The translations under genes and the position numbers were made by a program. From Octopus vulgaris (taxonomy: Eukaryota), in the NCBI GenBank assembly GCA_951406725.2, contig OX597836.1, positions 7,378,001-7,442,000 of the forward strand: DNA of 64,000 bases, written 5' to 3'. The stretch's first letter is position 1, and the number at the start of each line of letters is the position of its first letter. Under the pieces are notes generated by a model that saw only the letters and a list, made by a program, of their open reading frames with translations, was not told where the DNA came from and did no database searches. Shown in pieces: positions 38,020-51,628 of the stretch.

Positions 38020-38674
38020 TGTTTAACATCTGTTTTCCATGCTGGTATGGGTTGGACAGTTTGAAGGGGGCTCTGGGAAGCCAGGAGGCTGCACCAGGCT
38101 CCAGTCTGATCTGGCAGTGTTTCTACAGCTGGATGCCCTTCCTAATGCCAACCACTCCGTGAGTGTAGTGGATGCTTTTTATGTGTCACCAGCACAGGTG
38201 CCAGGGGATGTGTCCTTATATTTTCGAACAAGGGAATCTAGCACCCCCCACTCAGCTCAAAACAATATCTGTGTATCGCGATTTCTGGGTTATTTCTCTT
38301 CATGGCAGTCCTAAACCAGGACTGCCATGTTATGTTGGCAAATAATCTTTACTACAAAATACAGTTGCTGAATATCTCATGTTGTGAGATTTAAAAATAG
38401 TAATTTTATAATTTATAAAATGGCAAATAACGTTTATTTTATGCAATTCCATTTTATTTACATTTTAAGAGTTTATATAAATAAACTCCTACTTTTTTTT
38501 TTTATTGCAAAGTCTTTCTTTCTTTTCCGGAAAGAAACCAAGTGGTTCGTAAGCAAGCTACTTACCACACAGCCACTCCTGCACCTCATCTTTGATGAGA
38601 TCCTCAAAACTAATCCTACATAAGACATCTGATTCTATACTTAGAAGAGACAAGGCATCCAGAATATCATTTTA

Positions 38675-38790
38675 GCAAATTTAAAGTGATTTCTTTTGTG
38701 TTGTAAACCATTTACTGTTTCTGTGGTACGTCCCTTCCCTTGATGCCCAAAGTATGTGCTTATTTTGCTTAATGGTTAATCCAGCACTGA
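38675..38790 (-). mobile_element. Dispersed repeat fragment (hAT-like end cagtgctggattaacc)
   Basis: Second copy in opposite orientation at 50814-50927. Confidence 0.6.
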
Positions 38791-39013
38791 CTGTAGCCCC
38801 ACTCAGATAAAGGGGGTCATGTTCATGCAAGCAGCGTGGTGCCTTCATGCTGGGGCCATGAAACACAGACCCAGTAAACTCCGTAAAATGATCGGCATTA
38901 GGAAAGGCAGCCAGCTGTGGGAGCCATGCCCAAGGTGACCACTGGAGTATAATGCTGCCCTTGGATCCATCGGATCCTGTTAAACCTGCCAACCCAACCC
39001 AATATGGAAGATG

Positions 39014-39420
39014 AGGAGTGGTTATGTGGTAAGTAGCTTGCTTGCCAACCACATGGTTCTGGGTTCAGTCCCACTGTGTTGCACCTTGGGCAAGTGTCTT
39101 CTACTATAGCCTCGGGCCAACCAAAGCCTTGTGAGTGGATTTGGTAGACAGAAACTGAAAAGAAGCCCGTCGTATATATGCATATATATATGTATATGTA
39201 TGTGTGTGTATATGTTTGTCTGTCTGACCGTTTCCCCCTCAACCATCGCTTGACAACAGATGCTGGTGTGTTTACATCTCGGTAACTTAGCGGTTCAGCA
39301 AAAGAGACCAATAGAATAAGTACTAGGCTCACAAAGAATAAGTCCTGGGGTCGATTTACTCAACTAAAGGCGGTGCTCCAGCATGGCCGCAGTCAAATGA
39401 CTGAAACAAGTAAAAGAGTA
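39014..39420 (+). mobile_element. SINE family A, full length, low divergence
   Basis: All modules present from ggagtggttatgtggtaag to ctgaaacaagtaaaagag. Confidence 0.9.
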
Positions 39421-39690
39421 AAAGATAACAAAATAGCTTTTTATTTGTACTCATTATCCCAAGTACACTGGACAATGAAGCAAACAACAGCTATGCCTAA
39501 AAAAAAAAACAAAAAAACCAGGAGTGCTGGAGACTTTTCTGAGAAATAAAAAAGGGCTGTGGGAGGGGAGAAAGTAACCCCCCCCCCCACCTTCCAACGC
39601 TTACCACTTAGTATCACAGGAGAGATTTGTAAAACATTACAAAGAATCATCATTGATGTTTCTAGAAATAACATCCATACACAATCATGT

Positions 39691-39731
<41 letters not shown>

Positions 39732-40101
39732 CAAGTGTACTAAAGACACGTATGTACATACATTACATGAATGGAAGTACGTTCACATTTACGTGGAAGC
39801 ACAAATTAATTCATATATTCACAAACCACAAGTATTGTCTTGACTCGAACAAAGATCTCTTGTTGCTTTGTTAATGACTGGCCTCGACTGTGCAAAGAAC
39901 TTGTAGACTGAAAACACAAAGACACATAAATATCAACACTACCATCATCTGGTGTCCACTATCCATGATGGCATGGGTCGGACAATTTGACAGCAAACCG
40001 GCAAGCTGCAGGGCTGTGTCAAGATAAAATGTCTTCTTTAGCATGGTTTCTACAGCCCTTCCTAACACCAAGTAAGTTGCGTGTCTGTGTGTGTTGGTGC
40101 T

Positions 40102-40472
40102 GATTGTTTTTTTGTTTGATTGTTGATCGAAGTGGTCTTCGTCCTAGAAGTCCGAAACATGGTCCTTTGCTATTCGTAAGACCCACAGAAGAGAAAGCAG
40201 GTCAACCCCCGACACCGAGAGCATTGACGGATGGATGAATGCGCATCCAGGATCAGCGGTTGCGTAGGAAATCGGGGACAAGAAACAGGAAGAAAGAGAG
40301 AAAGTTGGAGCGAAAGAGTACAACAGGGGTCGCCACTACCCACTGCTGGAGCTTCGTGGAGCTTTAGGTATTTTCGCTCAATAAACACACACAACGCCCG
40401 GTCTGGGAATCGAAACCGTGATCCTCCGACAGCGAGTCCGCTGCCATAACCACTGAACCATTGCGCCTCCAC
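40102..40472 (-). mobile_element. tRNA(Arg)-like-head SINE (family E) with a third tail type
   Basis: Minus: ggaggcgcaatggttcagtggttatggcagcggactcgctgtcgg...ggtttcgattccc; body shared with the 20505-20811 copy, tail different. Confidence 0.8.
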
Positions 40473-41751
40473 TTGTTGGTGCTGACATTGTTGTGGGTTG
40501 TGTGGTTAAAAAGCTCATTTTGTAACCACGTCGTTTTGGGTTCAATCCCACTTCGTGGCACCTTGGGCAAGTGTCTTCTACCTATGACTTGTGAATGAAA
40601 TTGGTTGACGGAAACTGTATGGAAACCTGCCAAATATACGCGTGTGTGAGTGCATGTATGTACTTTTGTGTCAGTGTTTGTCCCTCACCAGCCATTGCTT
40701 GAAAACCATTGTTGGTTGGTTTATGTCTTGCTTAATTAATTGGTTTGGAAAAAACCACCAATAGAATACAGGGTTTCAAAAAACAAAAAAAGAGTGCTGG
40801 TGCCGATATGTTCGAAAAAACTTTTCGAGTCAGTGCTCCAGCATGGCCGCAGGCTAATGACTAATTATTGAAACAAAGTACAAGATTTACCCGATTCTTT
40901 CCGTTTACCAAACACAGACACAGTTTTACAACTCGTACAAACCGAAGATTAATTAAAAAAAAATAAAAAGACTGGACGTAAATGAAGCCATAACAATCAG
41001 CAAGTGTTTATAAACGGAGAAAGACACACACACGCCCCACCTTCAGCCAAACATCATAAAAAACACAAAACCGACGGTGGCTGTGTCTCAAAACAGTTGC
41101 AAATTGGACAGTGGCTTTGTATGTGTTGGCTGACAGACCCACTTAACCTTTCGTGTTTGATGTTCGGTGAGTGGAACCGACAAGAGAGTGGAGGGCGGCT
41201 TCTGACAAATACACACACACACACACATATACGTGTGTGTGTGTGTGTTGTTTTATTTTGCTGGTGTTGTGTTTAAATGCTAACTTGGCGATCGATCGAT
41301 ATAACAAATGCCAGACTTGGGAATATGTATTAGGGTCGATGAGATCGACTCTAAAAACCCTTAAGGCGGTGACCTAGAATAGTTGTGTAGTCGCGAGTTC
41401 AATGACCGAAAGCAGTGTGTGTGTGTGTGCGCGTGCACACACACACACACACACATTTACACATATATATATATATTTACACATACTTATATAACAGGTA
41501 TACACAGACATACATACAGCTATATCTAGATATTTACACACGCGTAACCTCAATAATCAGTGACATTTCTCAAGATTTCTCAAGACACACACGTATATAC
41601 ACACACACATACATAGTTATACGTATAGATATACACACATAGTTATATATGCATACACACACGCAGTCAGATATATACACAGGTACATATTCATGCATTC
41701 CAATATATGTGAAGATAGACAGACAGGTAAAGAAAGAAAGAAAGAAAGAAG

Positions 41752-41839
<88 letters not shown>

Positions 41840-42230
41840 TAGACAGACACCACCCATTTTTACTGATACACAAACTGTCATTGGAACAAATTATTTATTT
41901 TCAATAAACCAACTCAAACACACAATAGGTGCTTACGTGGGTCAGGTATATACGTACGTACGTACGTACGTAGGTATGTTAGTATGTGAAACACGAATGC
42001 ATTATATGTATGGAAGGTGATTGTTATATAACGTGAATGTATGAGGTTTCTTTTCAGCTTTTATTTGACTGCGGCAATACTGGAGCACAACACCGAATAA
42101 TTTTAGTCGAACGAATCGGGCACCAATAAAGTACTTATTCTATCTGACTCCCTTTTGCCGAACCGCTAAGTTACAGGGACGTGAACATACAAACACCTGT
42201 TGTCAAGCGGTAGTGGGGGGAGGGGGACAA

Positions 42231-42294
<64 letters not shown>

Positions 42295-42347
42295 TTACTT
42301 ACTTAGAAATGGATGCGTGGCTTTCAATCAAATAATAATAATAATAT

Positions 42348-42378
<31 letters not shown>

Positions 42379-42817
42379 GAAAATGAATTATGAGAAATAT
42401 AGAACGTAGACATACAGGGATATTAAAAACCATATATGTGTGTGTTTGTGTACGTGGCTGTGTGGTATGAGTCTTGCTTCCCAACCACATGGTTCCGGGT
42501 TCGGTCCCACTGAGTGGAACCTTGCGAAAGTGTCTTTTACTTTAGCCCTGGGCTAGCCAAAGCCTTGTGAGTGGATTTGGTAGATACAAAGTAAAAGAAG
42601 CCAGTCGTGTTTGTCCCCCCAACCGGTGCTAGTTACGTCCCCGTAACTTAGCGGTTCGGCAAAAGAAACTGAGAGAACAAGAACCAGGCTTTGAAAAACA
42701 AAAAAATAATGTCGACATTTGTGGCTTATAAACACCTTCACCTTCCACGCTGCAATTGTTTTCGTTTCAGCACACGATCTCAGATCAGGTCACTTGCTAT
42801 GCAAGTACATCTTCGTA

Positions 42818-43818
42818 AATGTTGACATTATTACCAGGAAAAAATAAAAAATAGTGCAACGGGTGTAAAAAAAAAGAAAAAGGTGTAGGAAACGAATATG
42901 AAAACAAAAATGCGCGGAAAGCAACGGGGTGGGTGGGGGAGAGGACTTCGGAAAATTCACAAGAAAACCGGAATTATTGGAAAATGTTTTTCATCTTCTC
43001 GACGAATGAATTACGGTGACCTAATATGCCTCAATCTAAAATCTGGGATTAATATATCCTGTGATTTTCAGGAGGTATATTAAGAGATTTTGTTTTAATA
43101 TAATTTTACTTGTTTCACACACACAAACACTAACGTGGTTTATATAAGGATTTTGTATCATTCTTTCTCTCTCCTGTTCAGACTTCGTTTACCACTAATT
43201 CTTATAACTTCAGCATTTACACTTCATACTCTTTTCAAACTTGTTTGAATTTTCAAGTTAATGTAAATCCACACTCCACAAAACGTATTTCTGTAAAAGG
43301 TTATCTCAAAATACGAGTAAAGAAAACTGGTTAATGCAATTTCGCATCTCACCTTCAAAATCGCATCTACTGGGGGGTCCCTACTTTTTCCGAGCAAAAA
43401 TAAGGGGTTTGCAGCACATTAGGCATACGTAATGCATGTCGTTTGAAAGGTATTTATATAATTTCATTAAAAGATGTCCATTTTCCTTAAAGTTACGAGA
43501 GAAAAAATCGGATCTTGTGAATTTCCGAAATCCTCTCCCCCAACCCTTCGGAAAAAAGATTTTACCCACAAATTTCGTTATAATCAAAATATATACCGTT
43601 CGAAAGGTATTTATATTAAAATTTCATTTAAAAAAAAAAAACATTTTCCTAAAAGTTATGAGGGAAAAAACTCGGATCATGTGAATTTTCCGAAGTCCTC
43701 CCCCCACCCTCGTTGCTTTCCGCGCATTTTTGTTCTCACATTAATTTCCTTTACCTTTTCTTTTACACACGTTGCACTTTTTTTTCCGATTTCGTTTCCG
43801 GTTAATAATATCTACATT
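42818..43818. mobile_element. ~1-kb non-coding element with ~140-bp terminal inverted repeats, splitting a family A SINE
   Basis: 42818-42961 is the reverse complement of 43680-43818 (aaaatgcgcggaaagcaacg...gaggacttcggaaaattcaca); SINE halves at 42453-42700 and 43820-43910. Confidence 0.8.
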
Positions 43819-43987
43819 AACCAAAAAGAAGTTCCGGGGTCGATTTCGTTCGAGTAAAATTCTACAAGGTGGTACTCCAGCATGGCCGCAGTCTAAGGAC
43901 AGAAACGATAAACACACAGACACACACATATATATATATATAATTATACGAGTATGCTGCACATAGTCGTACACATGTATCTATCTA

Positions 43988-44027
<40 letters not shown>

Positions 44028-44334
44028 AATTGGAAATGAACTGTAAATAGATAAGTTGGTATAATACATAGTAAAGAAGGAAATAGTTGAGACAAGGTAA
44101 GAGAGAGATGTATTACTTAGATACATGGATGGACACGGAGAGATTGGCAGATAGAGAGATAAGATAGACATGAGATAGGCTGAGACCTGAGAGACAGGTA
44201 AAATAGAGTTCACAGCTGCACGGATAGATAGACTAACAGATATATTTAGACTGACAGACAGACAGAGAGACAGACAGATAGACAGACTGATGGATAGACA
44301 GATAGATAGATAGGTAGATGGGTAGGTAAGTAGG

Positions 44335-44379
<45 letters not shown>

Positions 44380-45013
44380 GTCATAATAAGGTGATCTATG
44401 ACAGGCAAGAAAGGTACACATGACCAGACATGGTTGGCAGAAATTGCCAAAGCGACCTGAAAGGGATGAAAGGATAAGACGCCGGGTGAGATGTGGAGAT
44501 GGCTAAATAAGATGGACACGGTTATACTAAGGAGCTGAGAACATCAATGGCAGAGAATAAGAAGACTTAGAGGTGACAAGAGACAGGTGAATAGTGAGAG
44601 GAAGAGAGAGAGAGAGTCGAGGAGTCTTGGGTGAGCGAAGCATCACAGAGGGGGGATTTAGAGGTAGGCAGAAACAGGTTCGGGTAGAGGGGGAAACCTG
44701 GAGGTGACCAGAGGGTGATTTAGGTGTAAACACACATGCATTACATACATACATACATACATAGATGTGAATAGAAAGAGAGGGTACAGATTGATTGATA
44801 GAGAGACTTAGACATGAATAGAGAAAGATATATATATATATATACAGAGAGAGAGACTTAAATGGGAACAGAGTAAAATAGAGAGAGAATTAGTTGTGAA
44901 CAGGGATAGAGAGTGTGAGAGAAATAGAAAGAATGATATTTAGCTAAGAACATAGAGAGAAAGAGACTAAATTGAAGATAGATATATAGATAGAGAGAGA
45001 GAGAGAGAGAGAT

Positions 45014-45090
<77 letters not shown>

Positions 45091-46571
45091 CGATGATGAC
45101 AGAGATAAAAAGGGAGAGAGAGAAGACAAGAGATAGAAATGAATATGTTAAAATGTACTGACCTGATATATATATGTATATATATATAAAATATCCCTTT
45201 AGCAGGAGACACGAGGTTATTATTGGTGAACGACCACTTGTGTAAATATCGAGAAAAAGTCTGTTAGAAGACAAAATTTAACTACTATTTTAGATATAGT
45301 CCTGTTTCCTCGGTAAAGATGTGGATATATAAAGGTGTGTGTATATGTGTGTGTTTATGTGTATAATCCTCTCTCACACGCGAGTTTATAAACAATCTCC
45401 GGCAGATATATATTAAGTACTGTGTTCTTGTTAATGTGTGTACTTCTATATATACGTGTGCGTGGGTGTCTTCTATATGTAATATGTGGTATGTGCGTGA
45501 GTGTATAAATATATATCCGTCTATGTGCGTTTATGTGAGTATATATATGTGTGTGTGAGTGTATGTGTGTGTGTGTGTGTGTGTGAGTCAAATTTATGTG
45601 TGTGTGTGTGTGTGAGTCAAGAATTAGTTTATTGAGACTTCTCCCAATATATATATATATCTGTGTATATGTAAGTATGTATTTATGTGTGTGTGTGTGT
45701 GTCAAATTTATGTGTGTGTATATATATATGTGTGTGTGAGAGTCAAGAATTAGACTTCTCTTAATGTATATATATATATATCTGTTTGTGTATATGTATG
45801 TATTTATGTATGTGTGTGTAATGTATATATTCCTTTGATGGGCACCGTCTGTTGTCAGTAATGAAAGACGGAATCGAAGATGTGTTGCTTTGGCCCTCCC
45901 CCCAACTGAAGACAGAGCACTGTTGAGGGTTACCGTACACGGGGGGTGGGTCTATGTGGGACAATGGGTCAGTAGGACAGAGGAACAAGAGGACATCGAA
46001 ATCGATACGAGGGGACGAACGTTTCACGTGGATTTTCGGTGACTTGGTACTGTGACAAGTAGATTAGGGAAATGTGAAGGAGGGAGCTGGAGAGGGAAAG
46101 GAAAACGGAAGGGAGTAGAGAGAGAGTGGAGGTAAGAGGAGGAAAACTACTGATAGCTGTGAATAAGGGATGAGGAGAGAGAGAGAGAGAGAGCGATTGA
46201 ATAAGTGGGTGAGTGAGATAGAGTGAAATAGACTAAGTAGAGAGAGAGGGGTGAAAGGAGTAATAGGTGGAGATGAATAGAGTGACTGTGTATTTAAGAG
46301 AGAGGGAAAATGTATGAATCAGAGAGAGAGAGAGAGAGAGAGGAAGGAATGAAAGAAGACAGAGACCTACAATGTGAATCAAAGAGAAAGAGAGAGGTAG
46401 GGATGAAAGGAGGAGTGAGAAAGAAAGAAGACGAAAGTGATGGAAAGGGATAATAGAGGGAGAAAAGAGTGAAAGGCGGAGTAGAATAGAGATTATGAAT
46501 GAAGGAGGAAAGATAGATAGAGTAAGCAGAGAGAGGAAGAGTGAACGTGAGTGTATATTATATGTGTATGG

Positions 46572-46617
46572 ATATCCATATAAGATCTCTTCAATTGAAG
46601 ATATCCTATATGGATAT
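46572..46617. repeat. Spacer-less palindrome, 21 of 23 bp paired
   Basis: atatccatataagatctcttcaa|ttgaagatatcctatatggatat; partial third copy at 46651-46677. Confidence 0.9.
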
Positions 46618-46909
46618 ATACATATATATATATATATTCAATATATTGTGTTCAGTTGAAGGGATCCTATACATATACCGAAAGGAAGCTAAAAGGGAAA
46701 CCGAACGAAGGATGAAGTAACAAAAGGAAAAGAAAGGGAACTCTACTACACTCTCTTCTTTCTCTATCACCCTGTCCGTCTCTATCTCTTTTTTCCTCTC
46801 TCTCTCCCTTCCTCTCTCTCTATTTTTCTCTCTACCTCTTTATCGCTATTTCTCTCTATCCCTATCTTTCTCCTTTCCTTTCTCTATCTCTATCTCTCTC
46901 CGTCTCTCT

Positions 46910-47175
46910 CTCCTCGCCCTTCCTTTCTCTCTCTCTCTCTCTCGCTCGCCCTTCCTTTCTCTCTCTCTCTCTCTCTCTCGCTCGCCCTTCCTTTCTCTCT
47001 CTCTCTCTCTCTCGCTCGCCCTTCCTTTCTCTCTCTCTCTCTCTCTCTCGCTCGCCCTTCCTTTCTCTCTCTCTCTCTCTCTCGCTCGCCCTTCCTTTCT
47101 CTCTCTTTCTCTCTTTCTCTATCTCTATCTCTCTCCGTCTCTCTCTCTCTCGCTCGCCCTTCCTTTCTCTCTCTA
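46910..47175. repeat. Polypyrimidine minisatellite ctcgcccttcctttct(ct)n, ~7 units
   Basis: Direct reading. Confidence 0.9.
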
Positions 47176-48199
47176 GTCTATCTATCACTGCTCCTCACTA
47201 TATTCTTCTCCCACTCCTGCTTTCTTCTTCATCTTCTAATGACACACACATGGTTAAGGTGGTGTTACAAGACACGCTGTTTGTTTAAACGAGCCTCTTA
47301 GCATCCCTAATTAATCTCATTAGTGTTGATGTTGCTGCTACTGTTGCCGACGTAGGACAATTGTTATGTCAGTCGAGATGTAGGGTCGAACCAACAAACA
47401 TTTAGACCAAGGAAACATCCCAACCAAGTGCCCCCTTTTATTAATCTAATTGTTCCAGATAAAAGCCGATTTAGTCATTTCTATGGGAGCAAAACCGTAA
47501 AGCCATTTGGGTGGGCTTTTTTTTAGAAATTAGTTATTTATTATTTATAATTTGCTATTTATTATTTATATTTCCTAAGTCTATGGCGTGGTCGTTTTAA
47601 AATGAAATATTTTGTCCGTGTGTATGTATATTTGAAATACTAATACGCGAAATTTTCAAAATATTTTCGATACTTATATAATACACTCGACGATAAGGAT
47701 AAATAGATAGATACATACATAGATTTTACATATATATATATACACATGCTTACATATAGTCTCTATATACTCATGCATGTTTATACACACACACACATAT
47801 AAACACACACATACAATATATATATATATACATGGTATATACGTACATTTGTATAGACATACACACACACACACATATATGTATATTTATGACTACATTG
47901 AAATTAAATATTTACATCAAAGAGATGTTCAGTATATTATTTACGTTATTCTAACGTACATTTTTATAATTATAAATATATTCATTGATAATTGATACAT
48001 ACATACATACATGCATACATACATACACACATACATACTCACATACACACACACACACACATACATACACACATACATACACACACACATACATACATAC
48101 ATACATACATGCATACATACATACATACATACATACACACACATACATACATACATACATACATACATACATACATACATACATACATACATACATACA

Positions 48200-48235
<36 letters not shown>

Positions 48236-48592
48236 TATATATACGCATATATGTGTATGGTTACATACAAATTTATGTGCAAACGCATAAATACACAAAC
48301 ACGCACATACATAAATATATACATGAATGCATGTATGCATTGCTGTCTACAAGATTCCATTATATAAACTATTTAAATTACAGATGGACGAAAATAAATA
48401 TATATGAGTGCGCCGGTGTGTGTGTGTTCATTTAATCAGCACAAAAACCAAATAATTGTATAACGTTTAATACATGATTTACTTAGCAAAGGAGAGGTGC
48501 GGTCGCTGTTTAGGCTATGGATGATATATATGTGTATGTATATGTGCATGTGCGTATATATATATATATATGTATGTATGACTGTTTCTCTC

Positions 48593-48661
<69 letters not shown>

Positions 48662-48683
48662 GGACAGATAGACAGACAGATAA

Positions 48684-48732
<49 letters not shown>

Positions 48733-49060
48733 TATATAGATAGATGCATATTTATCACAAATTATGTATATATATATATATGAATATATGGCGGTGCTCC
48801 AGCATGGGCGCAGTCAAATGACTGAATCAAATAAAAGAGTAAAAATATATATATATATGTATGCCTAATGAATATACACACAATTTGTGATATATATATA
48901 TATATATAATTTGTGATATATATATATATATATAATGTAAATTCACACACATACGCAAATATATATGATGTATGTGTGTGTGTGGCAGTAATAGAAAGCA
49001 AGTACTGTAATGATAAAGGAGTATTTCTTTTATTCTACGATTCCTTTTCCCTATCTCTTT

Positions 49061-49102
<42 letters not shown>

Positions 49103-50242
49103 CATTCTTTCTAAGTATATATACTTACTTCTCCACCTCTTCATCTCTTCACCATCTCCGCCACGCTAAATGTTTTGGGAATAACTGACCTCAAATGTTA
49201 CCGCTTTTTTTATTTTTTTTCCCCGCACTTTTTCACATTTCTGTAATAAATAGTCAGACAACGTCTTCATCAGTGATGCTGACTGGGAGTCGAGGGGACG
49301 TGGATGTGGAGATGAGGTGCAAATAAATTGTATAAAGTAAATTATATAAAACAAAATGTAGATAAAATAAAGGCGCTGGAATGCCTGTGTGGTAAGAAGT
49401 TTGTTTCTCAACTGCATGGTTCCGGGTTCAAGTCCCAATATGTGATACCTTAGGCAAGTGTCTTCTGCTATAGCCTCGGACTGATCCAAAGCCTTGTGAG
49501 TGGATTTGGTAGACGGAAACTGAAAGAAGCACGTCGTAACTCTGTGTGTGTGTGTGTGTGTGTCCATAACTTGGCGATTCGGCCAAAGAGACCGCTAAAA
49601 TTAGTACCAGACTTTAAGAAAAAAAGAAAGATGTTGATTGACCTAAGGCTATGGTGGAAAACACTTGCCCAAGGTGCCTTGCTGTGGAACTGAACCTGGA
49701 ACCACACGGTTCGGAAGCAAACTTCGTTACCATTGTCACTTGAGTGTGTGTTGTTGTTGTTGTTCTGGTCTAGTGACTGGTTGAGTTGATGAATGGAAGT
49801 ATGTTTCTTGGGCTGCGTCAAAGAAGTGAACACCACCCATGAACATTTAACAGAGGATTTTCTTATCAGGCATAAAGTCAAACTACGTTGGCCTTTTACA
49901 GATAACCACAGCATTAATTAAATACTGGAAGAGAGATACGGCTTGAAGTCTGTGGCAGGCTTTTGGTATGACAAACTGCAGCTTGTCCAACATAACTGGA
50001 AACAATTGTACTATATTCATGGCGACAGAGATTCCCATCATTTATCTGCGCTATCTGTCTTAGCCACCTTCCTGGGTCATCTGGGTGTATAAATGCATAC
50101 TGTCTAATATGGCAAGACTGGAGACAAATTGCTCAGCTGCCTCAACAGGCTGCAGTTAATTACTGCCAAAAGTGGACTTTTTATTAGGCACAAGAAGATT
50201 CCAGAAGATTGAATCATGCGATGGCTTGAAGCTGATTGTTTG

Positions 50243-50380
50243 TTAAACCTTTAGTATATTGTAAGAGCATCACGTCACCACATGAGTTTTCTCCCCTCTC
50301 AATGTGACACAATGTGTCTGCAACAACAGGGGAGAGAACTTGTATGGCAACATGGTGCACCTCAGCATGCTAAAGGTTAA
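50243..50380. mobile_element. TTAA-flanked palindromic MITE (piggyBac-type ends)
   Basis: ttaa(a)cctttagta...tgctaaagg-ttaa; arms pair almost throughout, including gagttttctcccct/aggggagagaactt. Confidence 0.7.
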
Positions 50381-50984
50381 TATATGATTGTAAACTGATC
50401 ACATGAAATTATTGCAGTTCAGTCATGATGTACAACCAGTTACCTTGCAGTTTGGTTTCAAATCCACTGTACCATTATTGTTATTTCTCACAACAGGTAC
50501 AGCAAGAACCCCTAATTCTTGAGAAGGTGACAAGGGTCTATTAAACTAACCCATGTAGTTGGTCAGTATTATATTTCATCAACCCTTAGATGGAAGTTAT
50601 ATTCAGTGAGATTTGAGCCCAGAATATAACAACACTAATGATAATAATCTTTTCTTCATTAGGTGCAAAGCCTGAAATTTTGGGAGAGTGAGCTAATCAA
50701 TTACATTGGCCCCAGGGCTTAACAAGTACTTTTTTTTTATCAATTCTGAAAGGATTAAAGACAAAAGTCGACCATGGAAGGATTTGAACTCAGAACACCA
50801 ATGATAATAGAGAGCAGTGCTGAATTAACCATTAATCAATAATAAGCCCATGCTTCTGGAATCCAGGGAAGGGGGCGCCACAGAACAGTAAATGGTTTAC
50901 AGCACAAAAGAAATCACTTTAAACTTGATGAAAGAAACATTCTTGAGTTTGCCTTTCCAAATGTAGGCATTGCTTTACATCTAC

Positions 50985-51391
50985 TCTTTTACTCTTTTTT
51001 ACTTGTTTCAGTCATTTGACTGCGGCTATGCTGGAGCACCGCCTTTAGTCGAATCAAATCGACCCAAGGACTTATTCTTTGTAAGCCTAGTACTTATTCT
51101 ATCTGTCTCTTATGCCGAACCACTAAGTGACAGGGACGTAAACACACCAGCATCGGTTGTCAGGCGATGTTGGGGGGGACAAATACAGACACACGAACAT
51201 ATACACACATACATATACATATATGGTTCTAGAAATTCCGAGCCAGAAACTACAGCCTAGACAATGAGCCTTTCTCTGGAAGATCTGTAGAGCTTGACGA
51301 GGATGTCCTGCAAACTCTGGTGGAACAAAATTCCATCATAACTGTTGAGGAACTAGCAGAGAAGCTTGGATTTGGTCATTCAACCATTCAT

Positions 51392-51437
<46 letters not shown>

Positions 51438-51628
51438 TCATATATATATATATATATACATATATACGACAGGCTTCTTTCAGTTTCCGTCAACCAAATC
51501 CACTCACAAGGCTTTGGTCAGCCCGAGGCTATAGTAGAAGACACTTGTCCAAGGTGCCACACAGTGGGACTGAACCCGGAACCATGTGGTTCGTAAGTAA
51601 GCTACTCACCACACAGCCACTCCTACAC
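50985..51628 (-). mobile_element. Family A SINE with a mariner transposase fragment (51224-51396, plus strand) in its central microsatellite
   Basis: Both SINE modules intact; insert reads SGRSVELDEDVLQTLVEQNSIITVEELAEKLGFGHSTIHQH. Confidence 0.85.

Noticed and set aside
49250-49280. Minus-strand CTGATGA-AGAC-gtt-GTCT motif
   Set aside because: Followed by GACT rather than GAAA, and no stem I/III found
49790-50240. Protein-like frame MEVCFLGCVKEV...KVKLRWPF...WYDKLQLV
   Set aside because: Several in-frame stops, no recognisable motif or splice signals; may be a decayed TE but cannot be supported
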